A stretch of DNA of 64,000 nucleotides, taken from Lacisediminihabitans sp. (lineage in GTDB: Bacteria; Actinomycetota; Actinomycetes; Actinomycetales; Microbacteriaceae). Of the stretch, positions 18,369 to 28,960 are shown one piece after another. Numbering within the stretch: the stretch's first letter is position 1; every line of letters begins with the position of its first letter. Both the position numbers and the translations under genes were made by a program. The notes beneath the pieces were generated by a model. That model was not told where the DNA came from. It saw only the letters and a program-made list of their open reading frames with translations, and searched no databases. The stretch is taken from the NCBI GenBank assembly GCA_043746355.1, contig JAYTRC010000055.1, positions 34,879 to 98,878 on the forward strand. The letters are read 5' to 3'.

Positions 18369-21300
18369 GTGACTGACGAGAAGACCCCGGGCTGGCTCGG
18401 CCGGCTCTGGGACTACATGCTGCGTCACCGACGTGGAGTCATCATCTCGTTCGGGGCAGCGCTGCTCGGAAGTGCGACCCAGGTCTTCGTTCCGCTCGTT
18501 GCTCGACAGATCGTCGACAACGTCATCGTCGCGAAGAACTCGCCGCTGCTGCCGTGGCTTGTGCTGCTCCTCATGCTCTCTCTCTTCACCTTCGGGTTCG
18601 CCTACCTGCGCCGATACCGCGGTGGCAAAGTCGCCCTCGAGGTGCAGAACGACCTGCGCAACGACATGCACGACCATCTGCAGAAAATGGATTTCACCAG
18701 CCTCGACGCAATGTCGACCGGCCAGCTCGTCTCGCGGGCAAACTCCGATTCAGCGCTGGTGCAGGGGCTGCTCAACATGATTCCGATCATGAGCGGCAAC
18801 GTCATCCTGATGGTGCTCTCGCTGGTCGTGATGTTCATCCTGTCACCACTGCTCGCGCTCGTCAGCCTGGTGGTGACGCCGCTGCTTGTCCTGGTGTCGT
18901 ACCGGATGCGCATCCGGCTGTTCCCGGCCAGCTGGGACGCCCAGCAGCGCGAGGGCGAGATCGCACAGATGGTCGACGAAGACGTGAGCGGTGTTCGAGT
19001 CGTTAAGGCCTTCGGTCGAGAGCGTCGGGAGCTTGAGCGGATGTCGGAGGTTGCCAGCGGCGTCTACGGCTCGCAGATGCGGGCGATTCGCATCGAATCG
19101 CGCTACCAGCCGCTGCTGCAGGCGGTGCCCGTTCTCGGCCAGGTGGCTGTGCTCGCGCTCGGCGGCTGGCTCGCGCTCAACCACGATCTCACCATCGGTA
19201 CCTTTTTGGCGTTCTCGGCCTACATCGCCCAGTTGATGGCGCCTGCACGCCAGCTCGCAGGCATCCTCACCGTGGGCCAGTTGGCGAAGGTGGGCATCGA
19301 GCGCATCTTCCAGCTGCTCGACAAACCGCCGGCGATCGTGGATGCTGCGGATGCCCGCGACCTCCCCGCTGGTGGCGGCGCGATCAGTTTCGCTGGGGTG
19401 AGCTTCGGTTACACCGCTCAAGCGAATGGCCCCGCTACCACCGTGCTCGACGGCATCGACCTCGAGATCGCGGCGGGAGAGCGGGTGGCGATCGTCGGCC
19501 CGAGCGGCGGCGGCAAGTCGACCCTGACCTCGCTCATCTCCCGTTTCTACGACCCCTCGGCAGGCAGCGTGAGCATCGAAGGCGTCGATGTGCGCGCCCT
19601 GCGCCTGCACTCGCTGCGCGAGAACGTCGGCATGGTGTTCGACGAGAGCTTTCTCTTCTCGGACTCCGTGCGGGCGAACATTGCATACGGAAAGCCCGAC
19701 GCCACGGACGAACAGATCGTGGCCGCGGCGACCGTCGCCCAAGCCCACGGGTTCATCGACGCCCTCCCGCGCGGCTACGACACCATCGTCGGCGAGCGCG
19801 GTCTCAGCCTGTCGGGAGGCCAGCGGCAGCGCATCGCCCTGGCGCGCGCGATTCTGTACGACCCGCGCATCCTGATCCTGGATGACGCAACGAGTGCGAT
19901 TGACGCGTCGACGGAAGAATCACTCCACGAGGCGCTTCGGGATGTCTTCGGCACTCGCACTGTAGTGCTGATCGCTCATCGCGAGTCGACGCTGCACCTT
20001 GCCGATCGCATCCTCGTCATGGAGCACGGTCGTATCGTTGCCGAAGGCAGTCACAACGACCTGCTCGACCGGAGCGCCGTCTACCGTTCGCTGATCACCG
20101 GACTCGACGAAGACACCGCGGAGGCGGTGGCACAGGGCAGCATCGAGGTGCTCGCCGGCCTTGTGGATCTCGGTGCCGGTGCGGGCCAGGAGAGGGTGGC
20201 CCCTGCTGTGAGCGCGACCAGCGCCCTCGGGATGGGGCACGGCGGCGGTGGTGGCCGAGGCGGCGGCCGGGGGATGGGTGCCCTTGCCGCCCCGACGCCG
20301 GAGTTGCAGGCGAGCGTCGCCGCACTCGGGCCACCGCGGGACATCCCCACGATCGACCTCGAGCGCGAGACCAGGCAGGATCGTGGATTCACCCTCGGCC
20401 GGGTGCTTGCAGAGTTTCGTCGGCCGCTGCTGCTCGGGCTGTTGTTCGTCGTGGTCGATGCGGTTGCCGGCATCCTCGGTCCATACCTGGTGAAGACGGG
20501 CATCGACGGCGGGGTAGAGACCGGTTCTGCTGCTGTGTTGTTCATTGCCTCGGGGTTCTTCCTGCTCGTAACCCTCGCCGACCTGATCGACGAGATCGCA
20601 GAGACCTTCGTCACCGGTCGCATAGCCCAGCGGGTGATGCTCTCGCTTCGGCTGCGCATCTGGGCACAGCTGCAGCGCCTCTCGCTGGACTATTACGAGC
20701 GCGAGATGGCCGGCCGCATCATGACCAGGATGACGACGGATGTCGACCAGTTCGAGTCACTCATCCAAAACGGGCTGCTCGGCGCTCTCGTCGCCATGGT
20801 CACGTTCGTCGGCGTCGGGATCACGTTGCTGATCGTGAACCTCGAGCTCGGACTCGCGACGCTGACGGTGATTGTTCCGCTCGCCATCGCCACAGTGCTG
20901 TTCCGACGTCGAGCAGAGCGGTTGTACGACGAGTCGCGTGAACGAATCGCGATCGTCAACGCCGACTTCCAGGAGAGCCTTTCGGGTGTTCGCGAATCGC
21001 AGGCCTTCGTGCACGAGGCCGAGACGATGAAGCGGTTTCACGGGCTTGGCGCACGCTACGTGTTCTCGCGGGTCGCCGCCCAGCGTTTGGTCGCCACCTA
21101 CTTTCCGTTCGTACAGTTTCTGTCGGGGGTGGCGAACGCGATCGTGCTCGGTGTCGGAGCCGGGATGATCGCCGGAGGGCAACTCACCACCGGTGCACTC
21201 ATCGCGTTCATCCTCTACATCGACATGTTCTTCTCGCCCATCCAGCAGCTCTCCCAGGTCTTCGACTCCTGGCAGCAGACCCGTGTGTCGGTCGGCAGGA

Positions 21301-22181
21301 TCGCAGAGCTGATGAAGCTCGAGACGCTGACGCCTGAGGCGGAACATCCGGTCGATCCCGGTCGTCTGAGCGGGGCACTCGAACTGCGTGACGTGCGGTT
21401 CAGCTACCCGTCGGTGCCGCCTCGCCCCGGTGTGGATGAACCGCGTGGGCCATCCGACCCCCGTCTGCTGGTCGAGGAGGATGCAGCGTTCCGTAAGCCG
21501 CCCGAAGCCATCCGGGGCATCGACCTGCTGATCGCGCCGCACGAGACGATTGCGCTCGTCGGTGAGACCGGTGCGGGCAAATCGACCGTGATGAAACTGC
21601 TCGCCCGCTTTTACGACGTCGATTCTGGTGCTGTTCTCATCGATGGAACAGACGTGCGCTCGCTCGACCTCGGCGCCTATCGCTCGCAGCTCGGCTACGT
21701 TCCGCAGGAGGCCTTCCTCTTCACCGGCAGCGTGCGCGACAACATCGCATACGGTCGTGAGGGCGCTTTGGATGCCGAGGTCGAGTCGGCTGCGCGCGCG
21801 GTCGGAGCCCATGAGTTCGTGTCGGCGCTCGTCGGCGGGTACCAGCACGAGCTATCGGAACGCGGCCGCTCCCTCTCGGCCGGGCAGCGGCAGCTCATCG
21901 CTCTCGCTCGTGCGGAGCTCGTCGACCCGGTCATCCTGCTGCTCGATGAGGCGACATCGAACCTCGACCTCGCCACCGAGGCGAGGGTGGCGGCTGCGAT
22001 GCGGCAGGTCGCCCTCGGCCGCACCACGATCGTGATCGCCCACCGGCTGCAGACCGCACGCGCGGCAGACCGCATCGCGGTGCTGCACAACGGGGCGATC
22101 AGCGAGGTCGGGTCACACGACGAGTTGCTCGCCGCGGGTGGGCGTTATTGCGCGATGTGGAACGCTTACGTGGGGGCCTGA
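18369..22181 (+). CDS. Fused ABC exporter (TMD-NBD-TMD-NBD), multidrug-type
   Basis: Walker A GPSGGGKS and GETGAGKS; signatures LSGGQ and LSAGQ; Walker B LDDATS (degenerate) and LDEATS; two TMDs. Confidence 0.92.
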   Translation: MTDEKTPGWLGRLWDYMLRHRRGVIISFGAALLGSATQVFVPLVARQIVDNVIVAKNSPLLPWLVLLLMLSLFTFGFAYLRRYRGGKVALEVQNDLRNDMHDHLQKMDFTSLDAMSTGQLVSRANSDSALVQGLLNMIPIMSGNVILMVLSLVVMFILSPLLALVSLVVTPLLVLVSYRMRIRLFPASWDAQQREGEIAQMVDEDVSGVRVVKAFGRERRELERMSEVASGVYGSQMRAIRIESRYQPLLQAVPVLGQVAVLALGGWLALNHDLTIGTFLAFSAYIAQLMAPARQLAGILTVGQLAKVGIERIFQLLDKPPAIVDAADARDLPAGGGAISFAGVSFGYTAQANGPATTVLDGIDLEIAAGERVAIVGPSGGGKSTLTSLISRFYDPSAGSVSIEGVDVRALRLHSLRENVGMVFDESFLFSDSVRANIAYGKPDATDEQIVAAATVAQAHGFIDALPRGYDTIVGERGLSLSGGQRQRIALARAILYDPRILILDDATSAIDASTEESLHEALRDVFGTRTVVLIAHRESTLHLADRILVMEHGRIVAEGSHNDLLDRSAVYRSLITGLDEDTAEAVAQGSIEVLAGLVDLGAGAGQERVAPAVSATSALGMGHGGGGGRGGGRGMGALAAPTPELQASVAALGPPRDIPTIDLERETRQDRGFTLGRVLAEFRRPLLLGLLFVVVDAVAGILGPYLVKTGIDGGVETGSAAVLFIASGFFLLVTLADLIDEIAETFVTGRIAQRVMLSLRLRIWAQLQRLSLDYYEREMAGRIMTRMTTDVDQFESLIQNGLLGALVAMVTFVGVGITLLIVNLELGLATLTVIVPLAIATVLFRRRAERLYDESRERIAIVNADFQESLSGVRESQAFVHEAETMKRFHGLGARYVFSRVAAQRLVATYFPFVQFLSGVANAIVLGVGAGMIAGGQLTTGALIAFILYIDMFFSPIQQLSQVFDSWQQTRVSVGRIAELMKLETLTPEAEHPVDPGRLSGALELRDVRFSYPSVPPRPGVDEPRGPSDPRLLVEEDAAFRKPPEAIRGIDLLIAPHETIALVGETGAGKSTVMKLLARFYDVDSGAVLIDGTDVRSLDLGAYRSQLGYVPQEAFLFTGSVRDNIAYGREGALDAEVESAARAVGAHEFVSALVGGYQHELSERGRSLSAGQRQLIALARAELVDPVILLLDEATSNLDLATEARVAAAMRQVALGRTTIVIAHRLQTARAADRIAVLHNGAISEVGSHDELLAAGGRYCAMWNAYVGA

Positions 22182-22207
22182 ACCGGATCGAGCTCGACCC
22201 GCCCTGG

Positions 22208-23362
22208 TCAGATTCGCTCGATGATCGTGGCGTTCGCCATGCCGCCGCCCTCGCACATGGTCTGGAGCCCGAAACGTCCGCCGGTCTGCTCGAGGGTGCC
22301 GACCAGCGCGCTGAGCAGGCGGGTGCCCGAGGCGCCGAGCGGGTGCCCGATTGCAATCGCGCCACCACGCGGGTTCAGCTTCTCGGGATCGGCCTCGAGG
22401 TCATGCGCCCAGGCGAGCGGCACCGGCGCGAACGCCTCGTTGACCTCATAGGTGTCGAAGTCGCCGATTGACATCTTGTTTTTCGCGAGAATCTTCTTCG
22501 TGGCCGGAATGACTCCGGTGAGCATCTCGACCGGGTCTGACCCGACGGCGACATTGCTGATGAACCTGGCGCGGGGGGTGAGCCCGAGTTTCGACGCCAT
22601 TTCCTCGCTCATGATGAGTGCAGCGGATGCCCCGTCAGTGAGCGGCGAGGAGTTGCCGGGTGTGATCTTCCACTCGATTTCGGGAAAGCGTGCCGCGTAT
22701 TTCTCACTCGCAAACGCGGTCGGAAGCCCGGCGAGGCCCTCGACCGTCGTCGACTCGCGAATCGTCTCGTCATGGCTCAGCCCGGCGATCTCGATGATGT
22801 CGTGGGAGAAGTCGGATGCCGCAGCCAGCCGATGCGAGCGTGCAGAGAATTCGTCGAGCTGCAGTCTCGAGAAGCCCCATCGGGCCGCGATCAGTTCTGC
22901 AGAAATGCCCTGGCTGACGAGGCCGGGTGCGTATCTCTCATTCGTGTAGCTGCCGAACGGGTCGTCGCCCATACCGGCGTAGCCGATCGGCTGGCGGCTC
23001 ATCTGCTCGATTCCGCCGGCGATCACGATGTCGTATGCGCCGGCGATGACGCCCTGGGCTGCGAACGCGACGGCCTGCTGGCTCGAGCCGCACTGGCGGT
23101 CGATCGTCGTGCCGGGAACGGAGTCGGGAAAGCCTGCACCGAGCAGTGCGTTTCGGGCGATGTTGGATGACTGTTTGCCGCCCTGAGTGACGCAGCCGGC
23201 GATCACATCATCGACGAGTGCCGGGTCGAGGTCGTTTCGTGAAACGAGTGCTCGCAGCACCTCGGCGAGGAGGTCGCTCGGATGGATGTCTGAGAGCGCG
23301 CCGCCTGGCTTGCCTTTTCCGGATGCGCTGCGGACGATGTCGACGATGACTGCGTTGCTCAT
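22208..23362 (-). CDS. Acetyl-CoA acyltransferase (thiolase)
   Basis: IDRQCGSSQQ, NEAFA, GHPLGASG, CEGGGMANA. Confidence 0.95.
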   Translation of the reverse strand: MSNAVIVDIVRSASGKGKPGGALSDIHPSDLLAEVLRALVSRNDLDPALVDDVIAGCVTQGGKQSSNIARNALLGAGFPDSVPGTTIDRQCGSSQQAVAFAAQGVIAGAYDIVIAGGIEQMSRQPIGYAGMGDDPFGSYTNERYAPGLVSQGISAELIAARWGFSRLQLDEFSARSHRLAAASDFSHDIIEIAGLSHDETIRESTTVEGLAGLPTAFASEKYAARFPEIEWKITPGNSSPLTDGASAALIMSEEMASKLGLTPRARFISNVAVGSDPVEMLTGVIPATKKILAKNKMSIGDFDTYEVNEAFAPVPLAWAHDLEADPEKLNPRGGAIAIGHPLGASGTRLLSALVGTLEQTGGRFGLQTMCEGGGMANATIIERI

Positions 23363-23394
23363 GGTTTAAACCATAACTGCGTTGAGCAGACCCG

Positions 23395-26300
23395 CTAGCT
23401 CCCCAGCACTTTCACAATCCGCTGCAGTGACACAGGCCCCACGGTGCCGAGGTGCTGCGCGAAGAGGCTGATGCGCAGTTCCTCCAGCATCCAGCGTGCA
23501 GTGACCAGGCTGGGCGACAGGTCGGGCGAGAGCGGCAGGGTGCCGCCCGCGGAACTGTAGCGCTCCGACGCGGTCTGCACCTCGGTCATCCACACCCTGT
23601 CGCGACCCAGGTTCTCGGCGAGCTTGCCGATGCGGTGCACGATTCCGGCCAGATAGACGGGTGTTCTTCGCAACTGTGTGAGCCCGGTTGCAGACACGAA
23701 TCCCGGGTAGACGAGGTTGCCGAGCTGTTCGCGCATGTCGGCCAGCGGGCTCAGCAGGTGAACGCTCGACGCTGCCTTGATCGCCTTCTCGGCCGCTCGC
23801 CCGGCGAGTACTACCGTGCTCACGAGTGAGACCGTACGAAACATCGAATCGAGAATCGTTGCAGACACCTCATCGCGAGCAGCATCGAATTCGGCACGCG
23901 TAAAGACCTCGCGCTCGCCGAGCACCGCGTCGATGCAGGCGACCATGCAGTCCGCGAACAGGTCACCCGTGGTGCGAAACGGGCTCTGCGCGAGGCTGAG
24001 TTTCTCGGTGGTTGTCAGGTGTTCCTGCACGTAGGACACCGGCGAGGGGATGGCGAGCTGCAGCATTTTTCTCACCCCTCCCAGGTGCGCCCGCGCCTGG
24101 TCGGCTGGCGTGCTCATCAGCCGAATTGACACCGAAGCTCCGTCATCGACCAGCGCCGGGTACGCCCTGATCGTGTTCGAGCCCTGCTTCGTGTCGAGCA
24201 GCCGCGGCAACTCGGTGAAATCCCACTCAGTGATGCCAGACTGCTCGAGCGTGCTCGTCACCCGTGAAGGATTCGGGGCTGTGGATGCTCGCGCAACGCT
24301 CTCCCGCGCACTCGACTTCAGCTGCTCCTGCAGCGCGCGCAGGTCTTTGCCGCTGGCGACCGACGTGCCCCGCTCATCCATCACGGCGAAGGTCGGTCGC
24401 AGGTGCGCCGGAATCCGATCGGTGTCGAAGTCGGCCGCAGTCACGGGCACGAAGGTGAGTCGCTGGATCGCAGCGGCCAGGGCCTCGGTGATCGCGAGGG
24501 ACGAGCCCGCCTCATCCAATTCGCCCAACAGTTTGCGCGCCCAGTCGGCGGCGGGAACGACATTGCGGCGAATGGCCTTGGGCAGCGCTTTGATCAGCGC
24601 GGTGACGAGTTCTTCACGCAGGCCGGGCACCTGCCAGTCGAACCCGTCGGGGCGCAGCGACGCGAGCAGCGCCAGCGGAACCTGCACCGTGACCCCGTCA
24701 TCTGCAGAGCCGGGCTCGAAGCGATAGTTGAGAGTGAGCTGCTGGTCGCCCTGCTGCCAGCTACTGGGATATGAGGTCTCGATGGGTTCGACCAGCAGAG
24801 CGTCGACCTGCCCCGGCGCAGGCTCGTCGTCTACGAGGTTCTCGGCCGTCATCGTCAGCAGGTCGGGCGTCTCGACGCGTGCCTTCTTCCACCAGCCTTC
24901 GAACGACCGCTGCGTGTTGACGTCGGCCGGGATGCGCCGGTGATAGAACTCGAAAACCGCCTCATCGTCAAACAGGATGTCGCGACGGCGCGTACGTTCC
25001 TCGACCTCGGCGAGTTCTGTGCGCAGGGCACGATTCGCCCGGTGGAACGCCTGCACGCTCTCCCACTCGCCCTCCACCAGGGCATGCCTGATGAACAGCT
25101 CCCGCGCGTATGAGGGATCGACCCGTGCGAACTGTACGCGCCGGCGCCCGACGATGGGCACCCCATAGAGCGTCACGCGCTCATACGCCACGGCCGCGCC
25201 CTGCTTCTTCTCCCAGTGCGGTTCACCGTAGCTGCGTTTCACCAGGTCGCCCGCGATCGGCTCCGCCCAGGCCAGGTCGATCGCGGCATTGGTTCGGGCG
25301 AACAGCCTGCTGGTCTCAACGAGTTCGGCGCTCATCACTTCGGCTGGCTGCTTCTTGGCCAGGGCCGAGCCGGGAAAGATACTGAACCGCACCTGCCGCG
25401 CGCCAACGTACTCTTTCTTCGCGACATCCCTAATCCCCAACTGGCTTAGCAGGCCCGCCAGGATCGACCGGTGAACGCCATTCGGATTCGCGCTCGGGGA
25501 GCCGACGACCAGCCCGAGCTGCTTCGACATGCGTTCGAGCTGGCGGAAGACGTCTTTCCACTCGCGCACCCGAAGGTAGTTGAGATATTCGCTCTTGCAC
25601 ATCCGCTTGAACGCGTTGCCGCTGAGCTCTTTCTGTTTTTCTTCCAGGTAGTTCCAGAGGTTGAGCATGGTGATGAAATCACTCGTCGGGTCGACAAACC
25701 GCGCGTGCTGCTGGTCGGCCTGGGGCCGTCGTTCACGCGGGCGTTCCCGCGGATCCTGGATGCTCAGACCTGCGACAATCGCCATCACCTCACGCGTGGT
25801 GCCGTGCTGCTTCGACTCGACGACCATGCGGGCGAGGCGCGGGTCGATGGGCAGTTGGGTGAGCTGCTTGCCGACCCTGGTGATCTCGCTGCTGGCCGTC
25901 ACTGCCCCCAGTTCGCGCAGCAGGTCGAGGCCATCCTTGATGCCGCGGGAGTCGGGCGGCTGCAGAAACGGGAAGTTCGCGATATCGCCGAGTCCGAGAG
26001 AGATCATCTGCAGGATGACCGCCGCGAGGTTCGTGCGCAGAATCTCAGGCTCGGTGTACTCGGGCCTCCGCGCGAAGTCCTCCTCCGAGTACAGCCGGAT
26101 CGCGATCCCATCACTGGTGCGCCCCGACCGGCCGGATCGCTGGTTCGCGCTGGCCTGGCTGATCGTCTCGATCGGCAGCCGCTGTACCTTCGAGCGCACG
26201 CTGTACCGGCTGATGCGGGCCGTTCCAGCGTCGATCACATACGTGATGCCCGGCACGGTGAGGCTGGTCTCTGCGACGTTCGTGGCGAGCACGATGCGGC

Positions 26301-27177
26301 GTCGGATGCCCGGGGCCCTGGTGCTCTCGAACACCCGATGCTGTTCGGCCGAGCTGAGCCGGCCGTAGAGGGGCAGCACCTCGGCGCCTGGCAACGCTCG
26401 CCCGCGGATCGCCTCCTCGGCATCCCGAATCTCATTCTCGCCACTCAGGAAGATCAACACGTCGCCGTCGCCCTCACGCGCCAGCTCGTCGATCGCGGCG
26501 TTGATACCGTCGAGCGGATCGGTGTCTGCAGACCGGGTCGAGCTCGTCGAGATCTCACCATCGTCATCCTCATCGACGAGAGCCTCGGCCACCAACGGCC
26601 GGTACCGCACCTCGACCGGATAAGTACGCCCGGTCACCTCGATGACCGGGGCGTTGTCGAAATGACGGGAGAAGCTCTCCGGGTCGATCGTCGCGCTGGT
26701 GATCACGATCTTCAGGTCGGGGCGCTGCGGCATCAGTTGCTTGAGATAGCCGAGAAGAAAGTCGATCGTGAGGCTGCGCTCGTGCGCCTCGTCGATGATG
26801 ATCGCGTCGTACTTTCGCAGCAGCCGATCGCGATGGATCTCGTTCAGCAGGATGCCGTCGGTCATCAGCTTGATCTTCGTCTCTTTGCCTGCGGTGTCTG
26901 TAAACCTCACCTGGTAGCCGACGAGTCCGCCGAGCGGCGTGCCGAGTTCTTCGGAGATGCGCTCGGCGATCGTGCGGGCCGCAATCCGCCGAGGTTGGGT
27001 GTGCCCGATGCTCTTCTTGCCGAGCTCGAGCAAAATCTTCGGCAGCTGCGTCGTCTTGCCCGAGCCGGTCTCACCCGCCACGATGACGACCTGGTTGGCG
27101 CGAATGACCGCCGCGATATCGTTCCGCCGCTGGCTGACCGGCAGCTCCGGGGGATAGGTGATCACGGGGTTGGTCAT
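23395..27177 (-). CDS. hrpA: ATP-dependent RNA helicase HrpA
   Basis: GETGSGKTTQLPK, IIDEAHER, SATID, QRSGRSGR, DUF3418-like C-terminus (WMLEELRISLFAQ). Confidence 0.95.
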   Translation of the reverse strand: MTNPVITYPPELPVSQRRNDIAAVIRANQVVIVAGETGSGKTTQLPKILLELGKKSIGHTQPRRIAARTIAERISEELGTPLGGLVGYQVRFTDTAGKETKIKLMTDGILLNEIHRDRLLRKYDAIIIDEAHERSLTIDFLLGYLKQLMPQRPDLKIVITSATIDPESFSRHFDNAPVIEVTGRTYPVEVRYRPLVAEALVDEDDDGEISTSSTRSADTDPLDGINAAIDELAREGDGDVLIFLSGENEIRDAEEAIRGRALPGAEVLPLYGRLSSAEQHRVFESTRAPGIRRRIVLATNVAETSLTVPGITYVIDAGTARISRYSVRSKVQRLPIETISQASANQRSGRSGRTSDGIAIRLYSEEDFARRPEYTEPEILRTNLAAVILQMISLGLGDIANFPFLQPPDSRGIKDGLDLLRELGAVTASSEITRVGKQLTQLPIDPRLARMVVESKQHGTTREVMAIVAGLSIQDPRERPRERRPQADQQHARFVDPTSDFITMLNLWNYLEEKQKELSGNAFKRMCKSEYLNYLRVREWKDVFRQLERMSKQLGLVVGSPSANPNGVHRSILAGLLSQLGIRDVAKKEYVGARQVRFSIFPGSALAKKQPAEVMSAELVETSRLFARTNAAIDLAWAEPIAGDLVKRSYGEPHWEKKQGAAVAYERVTLYGVPIVGRRRVQFARVDPSYARELFIRHALVEGEWESVQAFHRANRALRTELAEVEERTRRRDILFDDEAVFEFYHRRIPADVNTQRSFEGWWKKARVETPDLLTMTAENLVDDEPAPGQVDALLVEPIETSYPSSWQQGDQQLTLNYRFEPGSADDGVTVQVPLALLASLRPDGFDWQVPGLREELVTALIKALPKAIRRNVVPAADWARKLLGELDEAGSSLAITEALAAAIQRLTFVPVTAADFDTDRIPAHLRPTFAVMDERGTSVASGKDLRALQEQLKSSARESVARASTAPNPSRVTSTLEQSGITEWDFTELPRLLDTKQGSNTIRAYPALVDDGASVSIRLMSTPADQARAHLGGVRKMLQLAIPSPVSYVQEHLTTTEKLSLAQSPFRTTGDLFADCMVACIDAVLGEREVFTRAEFDAARDEVSATILDSMFRTVSLVSTVVLAGRAAEKAIKAASSVHLLSPLADMREQLGNLVYPGFVSATGLTQLRRTPVYLAGIVHRIGKLAENLGRDRVWMTEVQTASERYSSAGGTLPLSPDLSPSLVTARWMLEELRISLFAQHLGTVGPVSLQRIVKVLGS

Positions 27178-27235
27178 GGGCACTCCAGTTTAGAGCCGGT
27201 GTGGGCCGGGTCACAAAGTGCTTGACATCGCAGAC

Positions 27236-27254
27236 TACTTTGCAGTACAAAGTA
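27236..27254. promoter_or_regulatory. Palindromic operator TACTTTG-N5-CAAAGTA upstream of the membrane protein/wHTH pair
   Basis: Perfect 7-bp inverted repeat just upstream of ATG 27258, with TTGACA at 27222-27227. Confidence 0.6.
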
Positions 27255-27257
27255 CAC

Positions 27258-27929
27258 ATGACAAACGACGGAGTGACAAGTGACATGGATGACGAGGCCC
27301 TCGAGCCGGCGGCGATGCTCGCCCTCGTCGAGAAACAGCAGCGATCAATCGGTATGCAGCGCGGCGGGTTTGCGTCCGTCATCATGGGGGCGTGGGGTGT
27401 TGCCTGGCTGCTCGGCTTCCTTGCACTGTGGCTGATTGACGGCCTGCGCCCTGCCTTCGGGATGCCGTTGGTGGCCGGGGTGCTGATCTTCGTCGCGCTC
27501 ATGGTCGTGGCCATCGTCGTGTCGGCAGTGCTCGGCATCCGCGGATCTCACGGGGTGCGCTCGAGCCGTGCATCAACTTTCACCGGCACCGTGTACGGCG
27601 TGACCTGGTCGGTGGCGAGTATGGCACTCGTGGCGATCGGCGGAGGGCTCTATTCACACGGCATGACGGCTGAGCTCGCGAACTTCTACTACCCGATCGC
27701 CTTCATCTTCCTGGCCGGCATCATGTATATCGCGGCTGGCGCGATCTGGCAGTCGGTACCGTCGGTGGTCGGAGGCGGCGTGCTCGTGCTGGTGGCGGCT
27801 ATCGGTGGGTACCTCCCGTATCCGCTGCACTACCTGTTCTTCGCGGTCGCCGGCGGAGGAACCTTCCTGGTGCTTGCAGCGAACTCGGCCATCCACACCC
27901 GCCGGCTGAAGGCGGCCACCCGTGGATGA
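27258..27929 (+). CDS. Integral membrane protein (about 6 TM), unknown function
   Basis: Hydrophobic segments; overlaps the downstream wHTH gene. Confidence 0.7.
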   Translation: MTNDGVTSDMDDEALEPAAMLALVEKQQRSIGMQRGGFASVIMGAWGVAWLLGFLALWLIDGLRPAFGMPLVAGVLIFVALMVVAIVVSAVLGIRGSHGVRSSRASTFTGTVYGVTWSVASMALVAIGGGLYSHGMTAELANFYYPIAFIFLAGIMYIAAGAIWQSVPSVVGGGVLVLVAAIGGYLPYPLHYLFFAVAGGGTFLVLAANSAIHTRRLKAATRG

Positions 27930-28209
27930 GCTCGATCCGGTCATCCACGCCCAGGGCCGACTGCGCATCACGGCCGCCCTCGCCACGCTCGAAGACGGGG
28001 AGGAGCTCTCCTTCCCCCGCCTCCAACAACTGCTCGACATGACGCCCGGCAACCTCTCCACCCACCTCCGCAAGCTCGAGGATGCCGGCTACGTCGCTGT
28101 CACCAAAGCCCACGAGGGCCGCACGCCGATTACCTTCATCGCCCTCACCCGATCGGGCCGTCGAGCGTTCGAGGACTACACCGACGGCTTGCGCGCGCTC
28201 CTCGGCTGA
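27922..28209 (+). CDS. Winged-helix transcriptional regulator (HTH_34/ArsR-MarR-like)
   Basis: LDPVIHAQGRLRI..LSFPRLQQLLDMTPGNLSTHLRKLEDAGYV..LTRSGRRAF. Confidence 0.88.
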   Translation: MDELDPVIHAQGRLRITAALATLEDGEELSFPRLQQLLDMTPGNLSTHLRKLEDAGYVAVTKAHEGRTPITFIALTRSGRRAFEDYTDGLRALLG

Positions 28210-28278
28210 TCCGCCGCCGTGGGAGAACATTCGTTCGTGTGGATACATTTGAGGCAATTTGTCGCGTATCAATCCCTC

Positions 28279-28299
28279 TTGACGTAAGTTATGTATACA
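28279..28299 (+). promoter_or_regulatory. prp operon promoter with TGTATACA GntR-type palindrome
   Basis: TTGACG at 28279-84 and TGTATACA at 28292-99 upstream of the GntR gene. Confidence 0.5.
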
Positions 28300-28322
28300 C
28301 AGACGTCGACGGAGAGGTGCGG

Positions 28323-28949
28323 ATGATGCGCGCAAGCGATCGGGCGTACACCGCGCTCCGCGAAGAGATCCTCGACGGCACCCTTCCGGCCGGCACGGTT
28401 CTCGCCGAGGTTGAGCAGTCCACCAGACTCGGGGTCTCGAGAACCCCTCTTCGCGAAGCGCTGAGCCGACTCGCGGCAGACGGGCTCGTCAGCACCCACT
28501 CCGGCCGTGGCGTGGTCGTCACCGCCGTCTCGATCGAGCGGGTCACCGAGCTCTTCGAGGTTCGGCAGGCGCTCGAAGAGCAGGCCGCCCGACTTGCCGC
28601 GAGGCGCCGCGACCCGCTCGTCTTCGAACGGCTCAGAGCTGAATTCAGCAGCGCCCACGAACTCCTCGACACGGATGACGGCCTGAAGCGCTACTACGCG
28701 CTCGTCGGCGAACTCGACGACGCGATCGACGAGGCGACGGGCAACGCGTTCCTGGTCTCGACATTGGCCGGCGTGCGCACCCACATCGCGCGCATCCGTC
28801 GGCTGTCTGCAGACAATCCGCAGCGCCTCCGCGAAGCCGCGCGCGAGCACCTCGCGATCGTCGACGCGATCGTCGACGGCGAAGAGTCACTCGCTGCCAA
28901 CGCCACCCAGCTTCATCTCTATAAGAGCCTCAAAAATCTGACCAACTAA
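28323..28949 (+). CDS. GntR-family (FCD) regulator of the methylcitrate operon
   Basis: [31 protein letters not shown]; FCD C-terminus (EHLAIVDAI). Confidence 0.9.
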   Translation: MMRASDRAYTALREEILDGTLPAGTVLAEVEQSTRLGVSRTPLREALSRLAADGLVSTHSGRGVVVTAVSIERVTELFEVRQALEEQAARLAARRRDPLVFERLRAEFSSAHELLDTDDGLKRYYALVGELDDAIDEATGNAFLVSTLAGVRTHIARIRRLSADNPQRLREAAREHLAIVDAIVDGEESLAANATQLHLYKSLKNLTN

Positions 28950-28960
28950 GAACGGAAATC

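Noticed and set aside
18369-22181. Degenerate Walker B (LDDATS) in the fused ABC exporter as novel
   Set aside because: An asymmetric degenerate/consensus site pair is standard for heterodimeric-type exporters.
25471-27225. Long antisense ORFs (also 51248-53764, 53140-55326, 29195-30550, 14246-15061 and many others)
   Set aside because: Shadow ORFs opposite well-supported genes, expected from high-GC codon bias; no recognisable motifs.
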